A stretch of 64,000 nucleotides of DNA. It comes from Octopus sinensis (taxonomy: Eukaryota). A program made the position numbers and the translations under genes. Every line of letters starts with the position of its first letter. Positions within the stretch are counted from its first letter, which is position 1. Of the stretch, positions 51,920-64,000 are shown piece after piece. The notes under the pieces were generated by a model that was given only the letters and a program-made list of their open reading frames with translations, made no database searches and was not told where the DNA came from. The stretch lies in assembly GCF_006345805.1 (NCBI RefSeq), contig NC_043007.1, forward strand, positions 496,001 through 560,000, read 5' to 3'.

Positions 51920-52214
51920 CACGTGATCACGTGACCGACCAGACCATCAGCTGTTGCTACACATCGCTGGTCACAATGCGTTCGCATTGTTTTAGCCTTC
52001 GAATGACGCCACCCCGCTGGCTAAGCGAGCAGACCAACAGAAAAGAAAGAGTGGTGAAAGAGTACAACAGGGATCACCACCCCTGCCGGAGCCTCGTGGG
52101 GCTTTTAGGTGTTTTCGCTCAATAAACACACACAACGCCCGGTCTGGTAATCGAAACCGCGATCCTACGACCGCGAGTCCGCTGCCCTAACCACTAGGCC
52201 ATTGCGCCTCCACA
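51920..52214 (-). mobile_element. tRNA-headed SINE group C with an (ATCACGTG)n tail
   Basis: Head nearly identical to 46594-46974; different tail; possible TSD CATATACATAT at 51909-51919 and 52215-52225. Confidence 0.85.
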
Positions 52215-52532
52215 CATATACATATATATATATATATATATACATATACAACTACCTCGAACCCACAAGAGTAAACAAGACAGACAGAGACAGGCAGAAA
52301 TAAAGAAAATGTCACTTGTATTTGAACACTATACAAATATTCTTTTAAAAAAACAACTTTTCTTTAAATTTTTCCAAAATTTAATTTCTTTTCCATACTT
52401 ACAGTTGAAAAAGTCTCAATGACTGAAACCAGTACTAAAACGTTTTTTATAAAACTAATTTCCCATTTTCTATCTTGACTTTTTACACCCCACACACACG
52501 CACACACACACACAGACAGACACACACACACA

Positions 52533-52756
52533 TATACAATCATAAATAAGGGCAAAAAGAAAAAGTTTCTTGGCCAATATGCCGAAAAATAGACACTAAA
52601 TCATCTAACCGCATAAAATATTTTCACTTACATTATTACACCAAGTGGTGTAATAATATCTGAAAATATTTTATGTGGTTAGAAGATTTAGTGTGTTTTT
52701 TCCGGCATATTGGCAAAGAATATTTGTTATTTTTGTCTTTTTTTATATTTGTATTT
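52533..52756. repeat. Long imperfect palindrome (about 110-bp arms, 4-nt loop)
   Basis: Centre TTATTACACC-AAGT-GGTGTAATAA (52633-52656); arms pair out to GCCAATATGCCG/CGGCATATTGGC and beyond. Confidence 0.85.
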
Positions 52757-52859
52757 ATAATTTACACCTTAAAAGGTATTTTTCATATGCTGGCCACTGA
52801 TAAAATTTTTTAAATAAAATTTGATCATTATATTAGAAGTATGTATATAAAACTCCTTT

Positions 52860-52921
52860 CATAATTTGTGAGTTGATTTAGTAGACGGAAACTGAAATAA
52901 GCCCGTCATATATATCTATAT

Positions 52922-52972
<51 letters not shown>

Positions 52973-53585
52973 ATATATATAATATATATATATAATATAT
53001 TAATATATATAATATATTTAAGTCAGTAAATGGTGGGGTTGTGTCAACCGCACGTGGAGAAAGATAGGAGAGGAAAAATTATTATGAGGCAGAATGCTAA
53101 ATTGAAAGTAAATTTTAATAAAAATTGGTGTATGAAAAATAAAAAAAAATAAAAAAAATCATAATAAATCATTAAAAAAGCCGGTTTGATTTATCATCTT
53201 TTCTTTTTTAATTTTCCATACACCCATTTTTATTAAAATTTACTTTCAATTTAGCATTCTGCCTTGTAATTTTTCCTCTCCTATAAATATATATATATAT
53301 ATATGTGTGTGGTAATATATATGTATATATGTGTGTGTGTGTGTGTGTGTGTATGTGTGTGTATGTGTGTGTATGTGTGTATATGTGTGTGTATGTGTGT
53401 GTGTGTGTGTGTGTGTTTGTTTGTTTGTCCCCCCAACATCGCTTGAAAACCGATGCTAGTGTGTTTACGTCCCCGTAATTTAGCGGGCTCGGCAAAAGAA
53501 GGGACCTATAGGATAAGTTCGACTAAAGGCGGTGCTCCAGGATGGCCGCAGTCAAATGACTGAAGCAAGTAAAAGAATAAAAGAA
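52860..53585 (+). mobile_element. SINE group B, headless, split by a MITE in its internal microsatellite
   Basis: GTAGACGGAAACTGAAATAAGCCCGTC at about 52880; body and tail resume at 53415-53585. Confidence 0.75.
53067..53281. mobile_element. TA-flanked MITE with about 85-bp TIRs
   Basis: TA|GGAGAGGAAAAATTA..AGGCAGAATGCTAAATTGAAAGTAAATTTTAATAAAAA and its reverse complement ending CCTCTCC|TA. Confidence 0.85.
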
Positions 53586-54741
53586 TTTAAGTTCTCTTCC
53601 AAGATGCTTTTTCTCCAGGCTGTGCCATAAATGTTTGACCTCCGTTAGTTTTGATAGTTCCTTAGTTTCCTGTTGTTTGTCTTAGTCAATAACACCAATG
53701 TTACTCTCGTCCTTGTATTAAAACATGAATCTCCTTAATATTACATTCAATATGGTCTCGTGTTCAGTATGACAGCAGTGAACAGCTAAACCTAAGGACT
53801 ATTTCTCAGTGAGCAACAATAGTAAGGATGGGTAGAATGTTCCCTCATGCCATGAGATGCCCTGAGCCCTCATGAGAATCTTTTTTTTTACATGCTGGCA
53901 AGATAATCTTAAAGTTCCTTCTTCAACGCTCAGGTTCTTCGGTTCTGTAGAGAAGTATGTTTTCTACACACGCTCTTAATTGCGGTATTGTATATTAATC
54001 AAGGTCACTTTGAAATCTCTGCCATGAATTTTGAGTGCCGTAATGAATGAGATACAGGCATATTAATTACAGAAATAACCATTGCTCTATCGACCAGACT
54101 AACTTAGCATATCTTTATCAATGACTACGTTTCGTTTATGTTATTGGACTGAAATGAATAAAATTCGTGCATTAGAATTTTTGAATTTAAATCATCGTAG
54201 TAAAATGAAGATCCTGCCTTCACTAATCAAATACTAAAATATTAATTACTATAAATGTATTTCATGTCATGAATACAACAGAGGAAAACCACACATAAGC
54301 TTTCAGAAAAAACAAAACCATACTCAGAAACCGCGTTAATATATTCTCCAGTTTCGTCTTACGAAGTAATAGACGGTTGTAACACGAAATAATATTATAA
54401 ATCTCCATTTGTTTGATGCTCATTACATATGCTACCAGTTGATCCTTTTATAATCGTATTTTCTTTGTAGTAAATCGGAACGGAAAGATGAAACAGCACG
54501 CTCGTAAAACCATTCTCTTTATTCTCTCTCGAGCAATAATTCGCAGTTGTTTGTTTGTATGCAAAGTAACTACGCCCATACATCTTTCAGACGTTGTTTA
54601 CAAATGAAATTTTAATTTCTTGATGGAGTTAATATGGATGTTGTTGATTTTGGAGCAGTGGTAATTTTATTCAAGAGGAACTAAATTGAAAATACACAGG
54701 AAGTTCTTAAAACATGCAGTTTTGGAGATGAAGGCTTAGAC

Positions 54742-54843
54742 CGTGGTTCCCAGCCCTTTAATTAAATTAGTTTTCCCACCAACCCCTTTTAATATGTATA
54801 TATATATATATGTATATATATATCTATATATATATTATATATA

Positions 54844-54908
<65 letters not shown>

Positions 54909-54920
54909 TAGATAGATAGG

Positions 54921-54955
<35 letters not shown>

Positions 54956-55056
54956 GAGATAGATAGATATGTGAAATTTTGAATTTAGTTCACGGACCCC
55001 CAGTACAACCATTGCAGGCCACCAGGAGTCCGCGAGCCCCAACGTGGGAACCACTG
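54742..55056. mobile_element. hAT/Charlie-like MITE remnant with an internal microsatellite
   Basis: Ends C(A)GTGGTTCCCA and TGGGAACCACTG; flanking 8-mers GCTTAGAC/GTTCAGGC match 5/8, all mismatches transitions. Confidence 0.5.
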
Positions 55057-56152
55057 GTTCAGGCGAACTACATCAGATGGTCATGGGAACTAAGCAAGGA
55101 AAGAAGATGGTGTCAAACGATGTTTTGTAAAAGCTGCATCAGCAAAAATTTAGAGGGGCGAGTTTTATGCTTTTCCTGCCTCAGTAAAACTCATTTTCAT
55201 ATATTATGAGCATTATTCTCTTTTGCCTTCAGACATTAATGACTTTCTTCTTCTTCTTCTTCTTCTTCTTCTTCTTCTTCTTCTTCTTCTCTTCTTCTTC
55301 TTCTTATCTTCTTTTGTTCTTGTTCTTCTTCTTCTTTGTTGTTGTTGTTCTTCTTCTTCTTGTTCTTCTTGTTCTTTCTTCTTCTTCTTCTTCTTCTTCT
55401 TCTTATTATTATTATTATTATCATTATTATTATTATTATCATCTCTTCCTCACCTGCTCTCCTTCTTTTTCTATCCCCCCACCACCTCTCTCACTATCTT
55501 AAACTTCCTGCATTGTATTTGTTTTTCATTTCTGCTACCTTCCATCTCTTCTTATCGGCCATCTCAAACAACTTTCCAACAAATTCTACCTTTTATATTT
55601 TCTATCATCTTCTCGCGTCCACAATCAACCATTTTCCCCTGGTTTCATAGCTGAATAAATTTTCTAATCTAAGTCAACATTACTTTATTCCTCACTGACT
55701 TAGATCTGTTTACCGTTAAACTATAAATATTATCTTCATCGCATCCAGCCAGTGGTATTTTATTAGTAGAATCCAGTACCTTTCCTGTCTAATCAATAAT
55801 TTATCTGTTCCTCACCAGTGACTTACCAAGAGACAAACAAATTATGTTCCGCAAACAGTTGACAGCGTGTTTCAAATATATTTTCTCCATTGACTGATGG
55901 TAATATTTCTCCGGTTCTCCTTCTCACATCTTATTAAATTAACTAACTTGCGCTGAGATTCATTAAGAAAATTAATTATTTTACATATGACTGTTTAACT
56001 ATAGCATCATTTGAATGATATGAAGAGCATACCCTTAAAAGGAAGGAAATATGTGAGAATCTTGGCAAATCTTTTGTATGACTTAAGCATCATATTTCCT
56101 GAGAAAATAACAGGAAAATGTTTTCCCGCTGTCTTGCCCAGATAAATTCTTC

Positions 56153-56574
56153 TTTTATTCTTTTACTTGTTTCAGTCATTTGACTGCGGCCATGCTGGAG
56201 CACCGCCTTTAATCGAGCAACTCGACCCCGGGACTTATTCTTTTGTAAGCCCGAGTAGTACTATTTCTATCGGTCTCTTTTGCCGAACCGCTAAGTGACG
56301 GGGACGCAAACACACCAGCATCGGTTGTTCAAGCAATGCTAGGGGGAAAAACACAGACAACAAAACATACACACACACACACATATATATATATTATATA
56401 TATACATATATACGACGGGCTTCTTTCAGTTTCCGTCTACCAAATCCACTCACAAGGCATTGGTCGGCCCCGGGCATAGCAGAAGACACTTGCCAAGATG
56501 CCACGCAGTGGGACTGAACCCGGAAACCATGGGCTGGTTAGCAAGCTACTTACCACACAGCCACTCCTGCGCCT
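56153..56574 (-). mobile_element. SINE group B, full length
   Basis: Complete head, body and tail; possible TSD AGATAAAT near 56140 and 56575. Confidence 0.88.
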
Positions 56575-57624
56575 AGATAAATATAAAATTTATTTAAAAG
56601 TGAAGCGGATTTATACACGTAAGCTGAGCATATCTTTTTCCCCCAGGGACAAATAATTTACAGAAATCTCTGCAAAATTCAAAATTCGTCATTTTTCGTG
56701 TTGAATAAAGACAGTCTCTGTTTGTTTGGTTTGGTTTTGTTCTTTTGTCTTGTTTTTTCTTTTGTTTTTTGATCTTATTTCTTTCTCCATTTTTCACCGT
56801 CCATTTTTGCTTTCCATCATTCTCTTCATATCCACTTCTCGCAGAAAGCTAACCAACGAAATACTTACTGCGAAAAATACTGCAGATAATTCTGGGAAGG
56901 AAATTGATGTTAACTTTTAGTATACGCTGTTAGACATAGAATTGGAATGAGTGAAATGCAGAAATGTTTAGAAGAGGCCAGGCTGTTTAACCCGGCACGT
57001 CATTTTCCAGAAGCCATAGCAGTCGTAAGGAAAGCTGACTGAATGGCTTAAGAAAATAGAGAATCGACATAATAACATGAATATAACTGACGGCTTCCCG
57101 TTTCCTCCATATCTCCATAGAGTTGTGTATTCAAGATTGTGTAGCTTGTTACATGCGAGCATTATGCTGCGGATCTGCATTCAATAATGTACGCACACAC
57201 AGCACATTCTTACACATATACACACATAGACAGATGCTGAGAGACATAGACGCTTACATGCATATATTCATGTGCGTGTATACACTCAAAGACTCACACA
57301 CACGCTCGCGTACACATGAATACACGAATACATACATATGTACGTATGTATGTAGTTATGTATGTATCTATCTTTGTCCTGCCTCACTATGTAGATGTGT
57401 GTCTGTCTCTCTCTGTATGTGTTATGTATGTATGTATGTATGTATGTATGTATGTATGTTGTATGTATGTATGTATATATATATAGAGAGAGTGTGTGGA
57501 GAGAGGGAGAGAGACAGACAGACAGGGTAGGTAGATAGCTGGCTGGATGGATGGATGGAAGGATATGTTTCTTTATTAGCCACACAGGGCTGAAAACAGG
57601 CGGGAAGGATAGATAAATAGATAG

Positions 57625-57706
57625 ATAAGGTGTCATGCAGTGGGACTGAACCAGGAACCATGTGGTTGGTGAGCAAGCTACTTACCACACAGCCACTCCT
57701 GCGCCT
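57625..57706 (-). mobile_element. SINE group B, head only
   Basis: GCAGTGGGACTGAACC..ACCACACAGCCACTCCTGCGCCTA. Confidence 0.75.
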
Positions 57707-58226
57707 ATAAATATTTTTGCTAAAGAGCCCCGTATTACCAGAGGACTTTGTTAAAAAACATATGAAAAAAATAAACCCGTCCTTAGGTATTAATTCAGAT
57801 ATGAAATTCAAATAGCGGTGATTGTCAATCGGAGATGTAAATATAAATATATATTTTCTGCTACAGTAGAATATTCACAGGCAGGCTCAGGTAGTCAATC
57901 CCGGAAGTATATCGGGCTGGAAGACAACGTGGACCCCCGCCGATGCTATCCATTCCGAAGAGAGGACGGAGATGCAACGTATGGAAGAATGATAGTTGTG
58001 TCTGAAGTATCAAAATCTCAGTCGCGAGATTATCCATTCACTTAGGGGAGAAATTTTGCTTAGTTAGATTATATAAAAAATAATATAATATATATAAACA
58101 ATAATATATATAATATAATAAAAGGCGACGAACTTGGCAGCATCATCAGCTCCGGACAAAATATTTAGCAGCAATTTTGGTTCTTATCGTTTTAAGTTCA
58201 AATCTCGCCGAGGTCAAATTTTTTTA

Positions 58227-58590
58227 TAGGCGTAGGAGTGGCTGTGTGGTAAGTAGCTTGCTTACCAATCACATCACTCCGGGTTCTACTATAGCGTCGG
58301 GTTGACCAAAGCCTTGTGAATGGATTTGGTTAGACGGAAACTGAAAGACGACCGCCGTATATATGTATATATATATATATTTGTGTGTCTGTGTTTGTCC
58401 CCCCAACATCGCTTGACAACCGATGCTGGTGTGTTTATGTCCCCGTAACCTAGCGGTTCGACGAAAGAGACCGATAGAATACGTACTAGGCTTACAAAGA
58501 ATAAATCCTGGGGTCGATTTGCTCGACTAAAGGTGGTGCTCCAGCATGGCCACAGTCACATGACTGAAACAAGTAAAAGAATAAAACAGT
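58227..58590 (+). mobile_element. SINE group B with a small deletion after the head
   Basis: Standard head, body and tail; inserted after a degenerate MetaSINE head at 58125-58222. Confidence 0.85.
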
Positions 58591-59211
58591 AATATGATAA
58601 ATAAATAATTTAGTTAGAACAGAAAATATTGCCGACTTGCTGTGCACACGATCGCATGAGATATACATATTTCAATGAAATATTTCTTAAAAAGAGTCAG
58701 TTTAAAACATGGTTTTTGCGTCCAAGTGGAAAGCTCCACGTTGTCCCTTGAACTTCCATAAATCAATTCGCGCTGTTTTCAAAACACGAACGATGCAGTG
58801 GCTAATGTAGTTTTGGATACCCTATACTTGAAACGAAAAGAAACCAGAAAAGAAAAGAAAGGGCATGATGGCAAAGTCAAGACTGCAAGTTGGTTTGATC
58901 AAACTCTAGCCTGGGGCTAAGCAATGAAACGATGACAGAAAAAGAACACCAATATTGAAAAGGAATGATTTAAATACAGCCATAATTTCAGTGAGTGAGA
59001 GATAGAGAGAGAGAGAGGGGGGGACAGAAAGAAAGACGGAGAGAGAGAGAGAGAGAGGAGGGAGAGAAAGAAAGAAAAAGATAGAGATGAAATGTTTCGT
59101 TTTCGATTGCAGAACTTTTACAGAAAGAAGATATTTAGAAGTTGACCATAATGTTGGACATACTCCTGTTTCACAAATATATTATCTATCAGCCTGAAGT
59201 GCTTGCTTGAA

Positions 59212-59252
<41 letters not shown>

Positions 59253-59349
59253 GTACACGCATACATATATATACACACAAAAACACGCGCATATACATAC
59301 ATAGAAAGAGACAGACACACACACACACACACATATACTCTCTTTACCC

Positions 59350-59772
59350 ATTTACTCTTTTATGTCTTTAAGTTATTTGATTGTGGCCATGCTGGAGCAC
59401 CATCGTTAGTCGATAAATCGACCCTAGGACTTATCATTTGTAAGCCTAGTACTTATTTATCGGTCTTTAAGCCGAACCGCTAAGTTACGGGGACGTAAAC
59501 ACACCAGCATCGGTTGTCAAGCGATGGTTGGGGTGACAAACACATCCACACAAACATAATATCTATATATATATATTATATATATAATATTATATATATA
59601 ATATATACGACGAACGGGGTTCTTTCATTTTCTGTCTACCAAATCACTCACAAGGCTTTCGTCGGCCTGAGGCTATAGTAGAAAACATTCGCCCAAGATG
59701 CCACCAGTGGGAGTGAACCCGGAACCATGCGGTTCGTAAGCAATTTACTTACCACACAGCCACTCTTGCGCT
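59350..59772 (-). mobile_element. SINE group B, full length
   Basis: Standard architecture with an internal (TA)n. Confidence 0.85.
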
Positions 59773-59820
59773 ATACATATATATACATATACATACATAC
59801 ATGCAGATATATATATATAT

Positions 59821-59867
<47 letters not shown>

Positions 59868-60192
59868 TATATATATCTGTCTATTTATCTATCTATCTAT
59901 CTATATCTATCTATCTATATATATTTGTGAATGCGTATATTCACAAATGTACAAATACATGCATGTTTATATATGTAATATATTTTTATGTATAAGTATG
60001 TATGTACGCATGTATATATATATGTATATATATATATATATATTATATATATATACTATATATATATATACACACATACATATGATATATATGTATGTAT
60101 GCAGTATTTATCTAATGTGTAATAATATATATATATATATATATATACACATACATATGATATATATGTATGTATGCAAGTATTTATCTATA

Positions 60193-60236
<44 letters not shown>

Positions 60237-60859
60237 TGGAAACACATATACATACACACATGCATACATACATATAAATATATAAATATAATTCATACAC
60301 ACACACAAACACACAAGCAAAGAAATGGACACACACACATACGCACACTTTTATAAATATTAGTTGACATAAGTGATGGATGCGAAATCTATTGCGGTAA
60401 TAGTTTGTCATAAATATTTAAGTGAGATAGATTGACGAATATCAAGCAAGTTTCTCAAAGTTATATACAAAAACCAACAATGGAGCTGAATGGAGACGAA
60501 ACGAAATGTCCTGTTCTGAAATGTGGCCTGACGACTTATGTCCATCAATCAAAATTCGATAAAATAAACGCGATTTGCGACAAAAGAAACTGGAGACACT
60601 CGGTGCGTTTCACAGAAATAAATGTTTTAATTTTACAACGCACAGAGTTCGTATTTTGGACAGTTTGTTTTGCAGTCAGCTTAATTTAGTCTGGAAGACA
60701 ACTCAGACACTTATCTGAAAATAAGTTGAGCACTCGTGAATTAATCACTACTCATTCGTATTTTCCCTTTCACATATCAATGTGTGAAGGTATCTGTCAC
60801 ATATGGATCTCTGGATCTATATTTGAACTTTAAGGAGTGGGGGGGGGCCTCTCTTTCTC

Positions 60860-61400
60860 CTCTGTGTAATGTATATGTATGTATGTGTATATGTATGTGT
60901 GCATGTATGTATGTGTGTATGTACGCATGTATGTACATATGTATATATGTATGCATGTATTATGTATGTATGTATATATGCATGTATCTACGTATGCATG
61001 TATGAATGTATGTATGTATGTATGTATGTGTGTGTGTATGTACGCATGCATGTATGTATATACATATGCATATATATATATGCTTGTATGTTTATATGAA
61101 TTTATGTATGTATGTATGTATGTACGTATGAACACATGTACGTATCTGTGCATGTACGCTTGTATGTATTCATGCATGTATGTATGGATGTATGAATGCA
61201 TGTGTGCATGTATTTATGTATGTATGCTTGTATGTATGTATGCATGTATGCATCTACACATGCATGAATGTATATATATATGTATATATGTATGGAAGAA
61301 TGCATGTATGTGTGTATCTGTGTATGTACGCATGCATGTGTGTATTATATATGTATGCATGTATATATGTATGTATGTATGTATAAATGCATGTATATAG
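60860..61400. repeat. Degenerate (ATGT)n array
   Basis: Direct reading. Confidence 0.93.
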
Positions 61401-61978
61401 TTGCGTCTCCTGAATTGCACTCTTAAGGAATTTGTTTATCTCTAAGCTTTAGAAAGAAGTTATCTGGAGCGCAGCGTCACGTGCCGGAGGATAGATTCAG
61501 AATCACGTGGTTGCCAGGCCAAGCTTTCAAATCCCTTCTAATCCACTTTGGCAGCAAATCATGTCGACAACAGACCAATAAATTATTCGTCGAGCTTCCG
61601 TGACTATTACAAGCCTCCACGGCTGTCAGCGCAGAACTCAAATTTGCCACATTCTATATCTCAACAATAATTGAAAAGCAGCAGCGGCAGCAGCAGCAGC
61701 AGCAGCAGTCAACCGGGGAGAAAATATAAGAATTTCTTCGGTTTATGGTGGGAATTCTTTTCTTTATAGCTCTGTTATTATTGATAACACTGCGAAATTC
61801 TAAACTTTTAATTTAATTCTAAAAAATAAGAAGTATTAATGTACACAGAAACACCACACACACACGGAGAAAGTAACACCTCGCACACACAAATATGACG
61901 AATAAACACAAATACATATACATACATATATATACACACATATATATACTTATGTGTACATAATCATATATACCTATG

Positions 61979-62084
<106 letters not shown>

Positions 62085-62513
62085 GTATATATATGCGTAT
62101 ATCTACACATATACTTATGTATACATACTTTATATATATATATATATATACATACAAACACACTTAGACACACAAACGCAGACGCGCACACAAACTCACA
62201 CCACAAATACACGCACACCACACCACACATACACAGAAACACACAAAATATGATGAATAACACAATACACGAAATAACACGAATGATTATACATATATAT
62301 ACACACATATACTTTTGTATACATATGCATATGTAACTATGTATATATATATTATATATATACATGCGTATATATATGTATATATTTATAGTATATTATG
62401 TTTATGTATGTATGTATATTATATATAATATATATAGTATATATATATATATATATATATAGGTATATATACATATATACATGCACAAACGCACACAGAC
62501 ACACAGACGCAGA

Positions 62514-62557
<44 letters not shown>

Positions 62558-63017
62558 TTATTTTTGTTTCAGAAATAATATATTATAATATAACATATTT
62601 CATTACGCTTACTTTTGGTTGAGAAGACTTATAAGAAGGATTGTGGATTTGAAATTTGAAAAAAAAAATGGCAGAAAAAACGTAAGATTTTTCTATTCTT
62701 TTTCAAATAAGTAACATTATTTAAATATATTGAATTTTCTAATGAAATTTCTTCGAGATGATGAAATAGGGGTTAGGGCAGGGATGACATAAATTCTGAT
62801 TCCATTGCAGTCAGGAATAATTGCTTGTAATGGTAACCAGTTGCGTAATATATTTATGGGAAGAGCGAAGATCTGCGCAAACATTTTCGCAGTTCACAAC
62901 GTCTTGGTGAGAAACCGGGTCTGTTACGTTCTGCGTCTTTACACAAATTCCATCATCTTCAGATTGATATATATGTGTGTGTGTGTGTGTATGGATGGTA
63001 TGGATAAATGTATTTAC

Positions 63018-63050
<33 letters not shown>

Positions 63051-63179
63051 GAGAGAGAGAGAGAGAGAAAAAAGACTGGAGGAGAAGGGAGAAGGAAAGG
63101 GAAAGAAAGAGAGAAGAGGGAAGTGAATTACAAGTTCAGAAAAGAATAAAACGATCGAATATGATACGAACCGATTAAC

Positions 63180-63495
63180 AGGAAGAGGAGGAGGAAGAGG
63201 AGTGGGAGGAAGGGGAGGAGAAGAAAAAGAATGTAATGATGATGATGATGATAATGATGGCGATGATGATGATGACATTGATGATGATCATCATGATGAT
63301 GAGGATGATGATGAAATAGAAGAAGAAGAATGTGATGATGATGACAGTGATGTTGAGGATGTTGATGATGATGAGAAAGAAGGAGAAGAATAGGAAGAAG
63401 AACGAAAAGTAGTAGCAGAAGTACAAGAAAAAGAAGAAGAAAAAGAAGAAGAAGAATGTGATTATGATGACAATGACGATGATGATGATGAAGAA

Positions 63496-63540
<45 letters not shown>

Positions 63541-63765
63541 GAAGAAGAAGAAGAAGAGGAGGAGGAGGAGAAGAGGAAGAAGAAGAAGAAAAAGGCGAAG
63601 AAGACGAAAGGGAAGAAGAATGTGATGATGATGACAATGATGTTGATTATGTTGATGAAGAAGAAGAAAAAGAAGAAGAAGAAGAAAAGGAGAAAAAGAA
63701 GAAGAAAAAGAAGAAGAAGAAGAAGAAGAAGAGGTGGAGGATTAGGGGAGGAGGAGGAGGATGGG
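63180..63765. repeat. (GAT)n/(GAA)n/(GAG)n trinucleotide mosaic
   Basis: Direct reading; source of the acidic and poly-His ORFs. Confidence 0.95.
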
Positions 63766-64000
63766 GAAACAAAAAAGTAGATGTAGGCGGTGGTATGTGA
63801 GAGTGAGTTAATAAGTGACGCTAGTTATTGAATACTTTATGTAAGAAAAGATTTAGTGTAATCCGCCAAAAGCTGATTAATTCTTTCTTGCAATCACGTT
63901 TTGAAGATTAAAAATTGAAGACACGGTGTTAAATAATAATTTTACAGACCCATCACGCTCCCTCCCTCTCGCACCACATTCACACACGCATACATGCGTT

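Noticed and set aside
53600-53950. Possible further decayed LINE RT fragment on the minus strand
   Set aside because: Only vague motif resemblance with many stops; cannot be supported by eye.

Overview
Eukaryotic, AT-rich, microsatellite-saturated DNA with one 100-N scaffold gap (50730-50829). The SINE families and simple-repeat density point to an octopus/cephalopod genome (inference). I recognise no host protein-coding exon; almost every long ORF in the track is a translated microsatellite. The recognisable content is mobile DNA: a CR1/L2-type RT fragment with two frameshifts (15293-16810), a second CR1 3' end, an L1/Tx1 and an RTE fragment, at least six R4/Dong-type (RLE) LINE fragments mostly abutting (TAA)n arrays, a Penelope-like element (RT thumb + GIY-YIG), mariner, Tigger and hAT-type MITEs, foldback elements, and about 35 SINE copies of three tRNA-derived groups. 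The most notable signals found by hand are a set of minimal type-I hammerhead ribozymes (3594-3687, 25327-25411, 42765-42816, 40982-41027), one of them in a tRNA-headed SINE-like unit; a MetaSINE dimer inserted as a single unit; a CR1 tail shared with a SINE family; an inverted Penelope-like repeat holding a mariner MITE fragment; and a four-layer nested insertion at 19300-22250. All alignments, folds and family names are by eye and from memory; no search or folding program was run.
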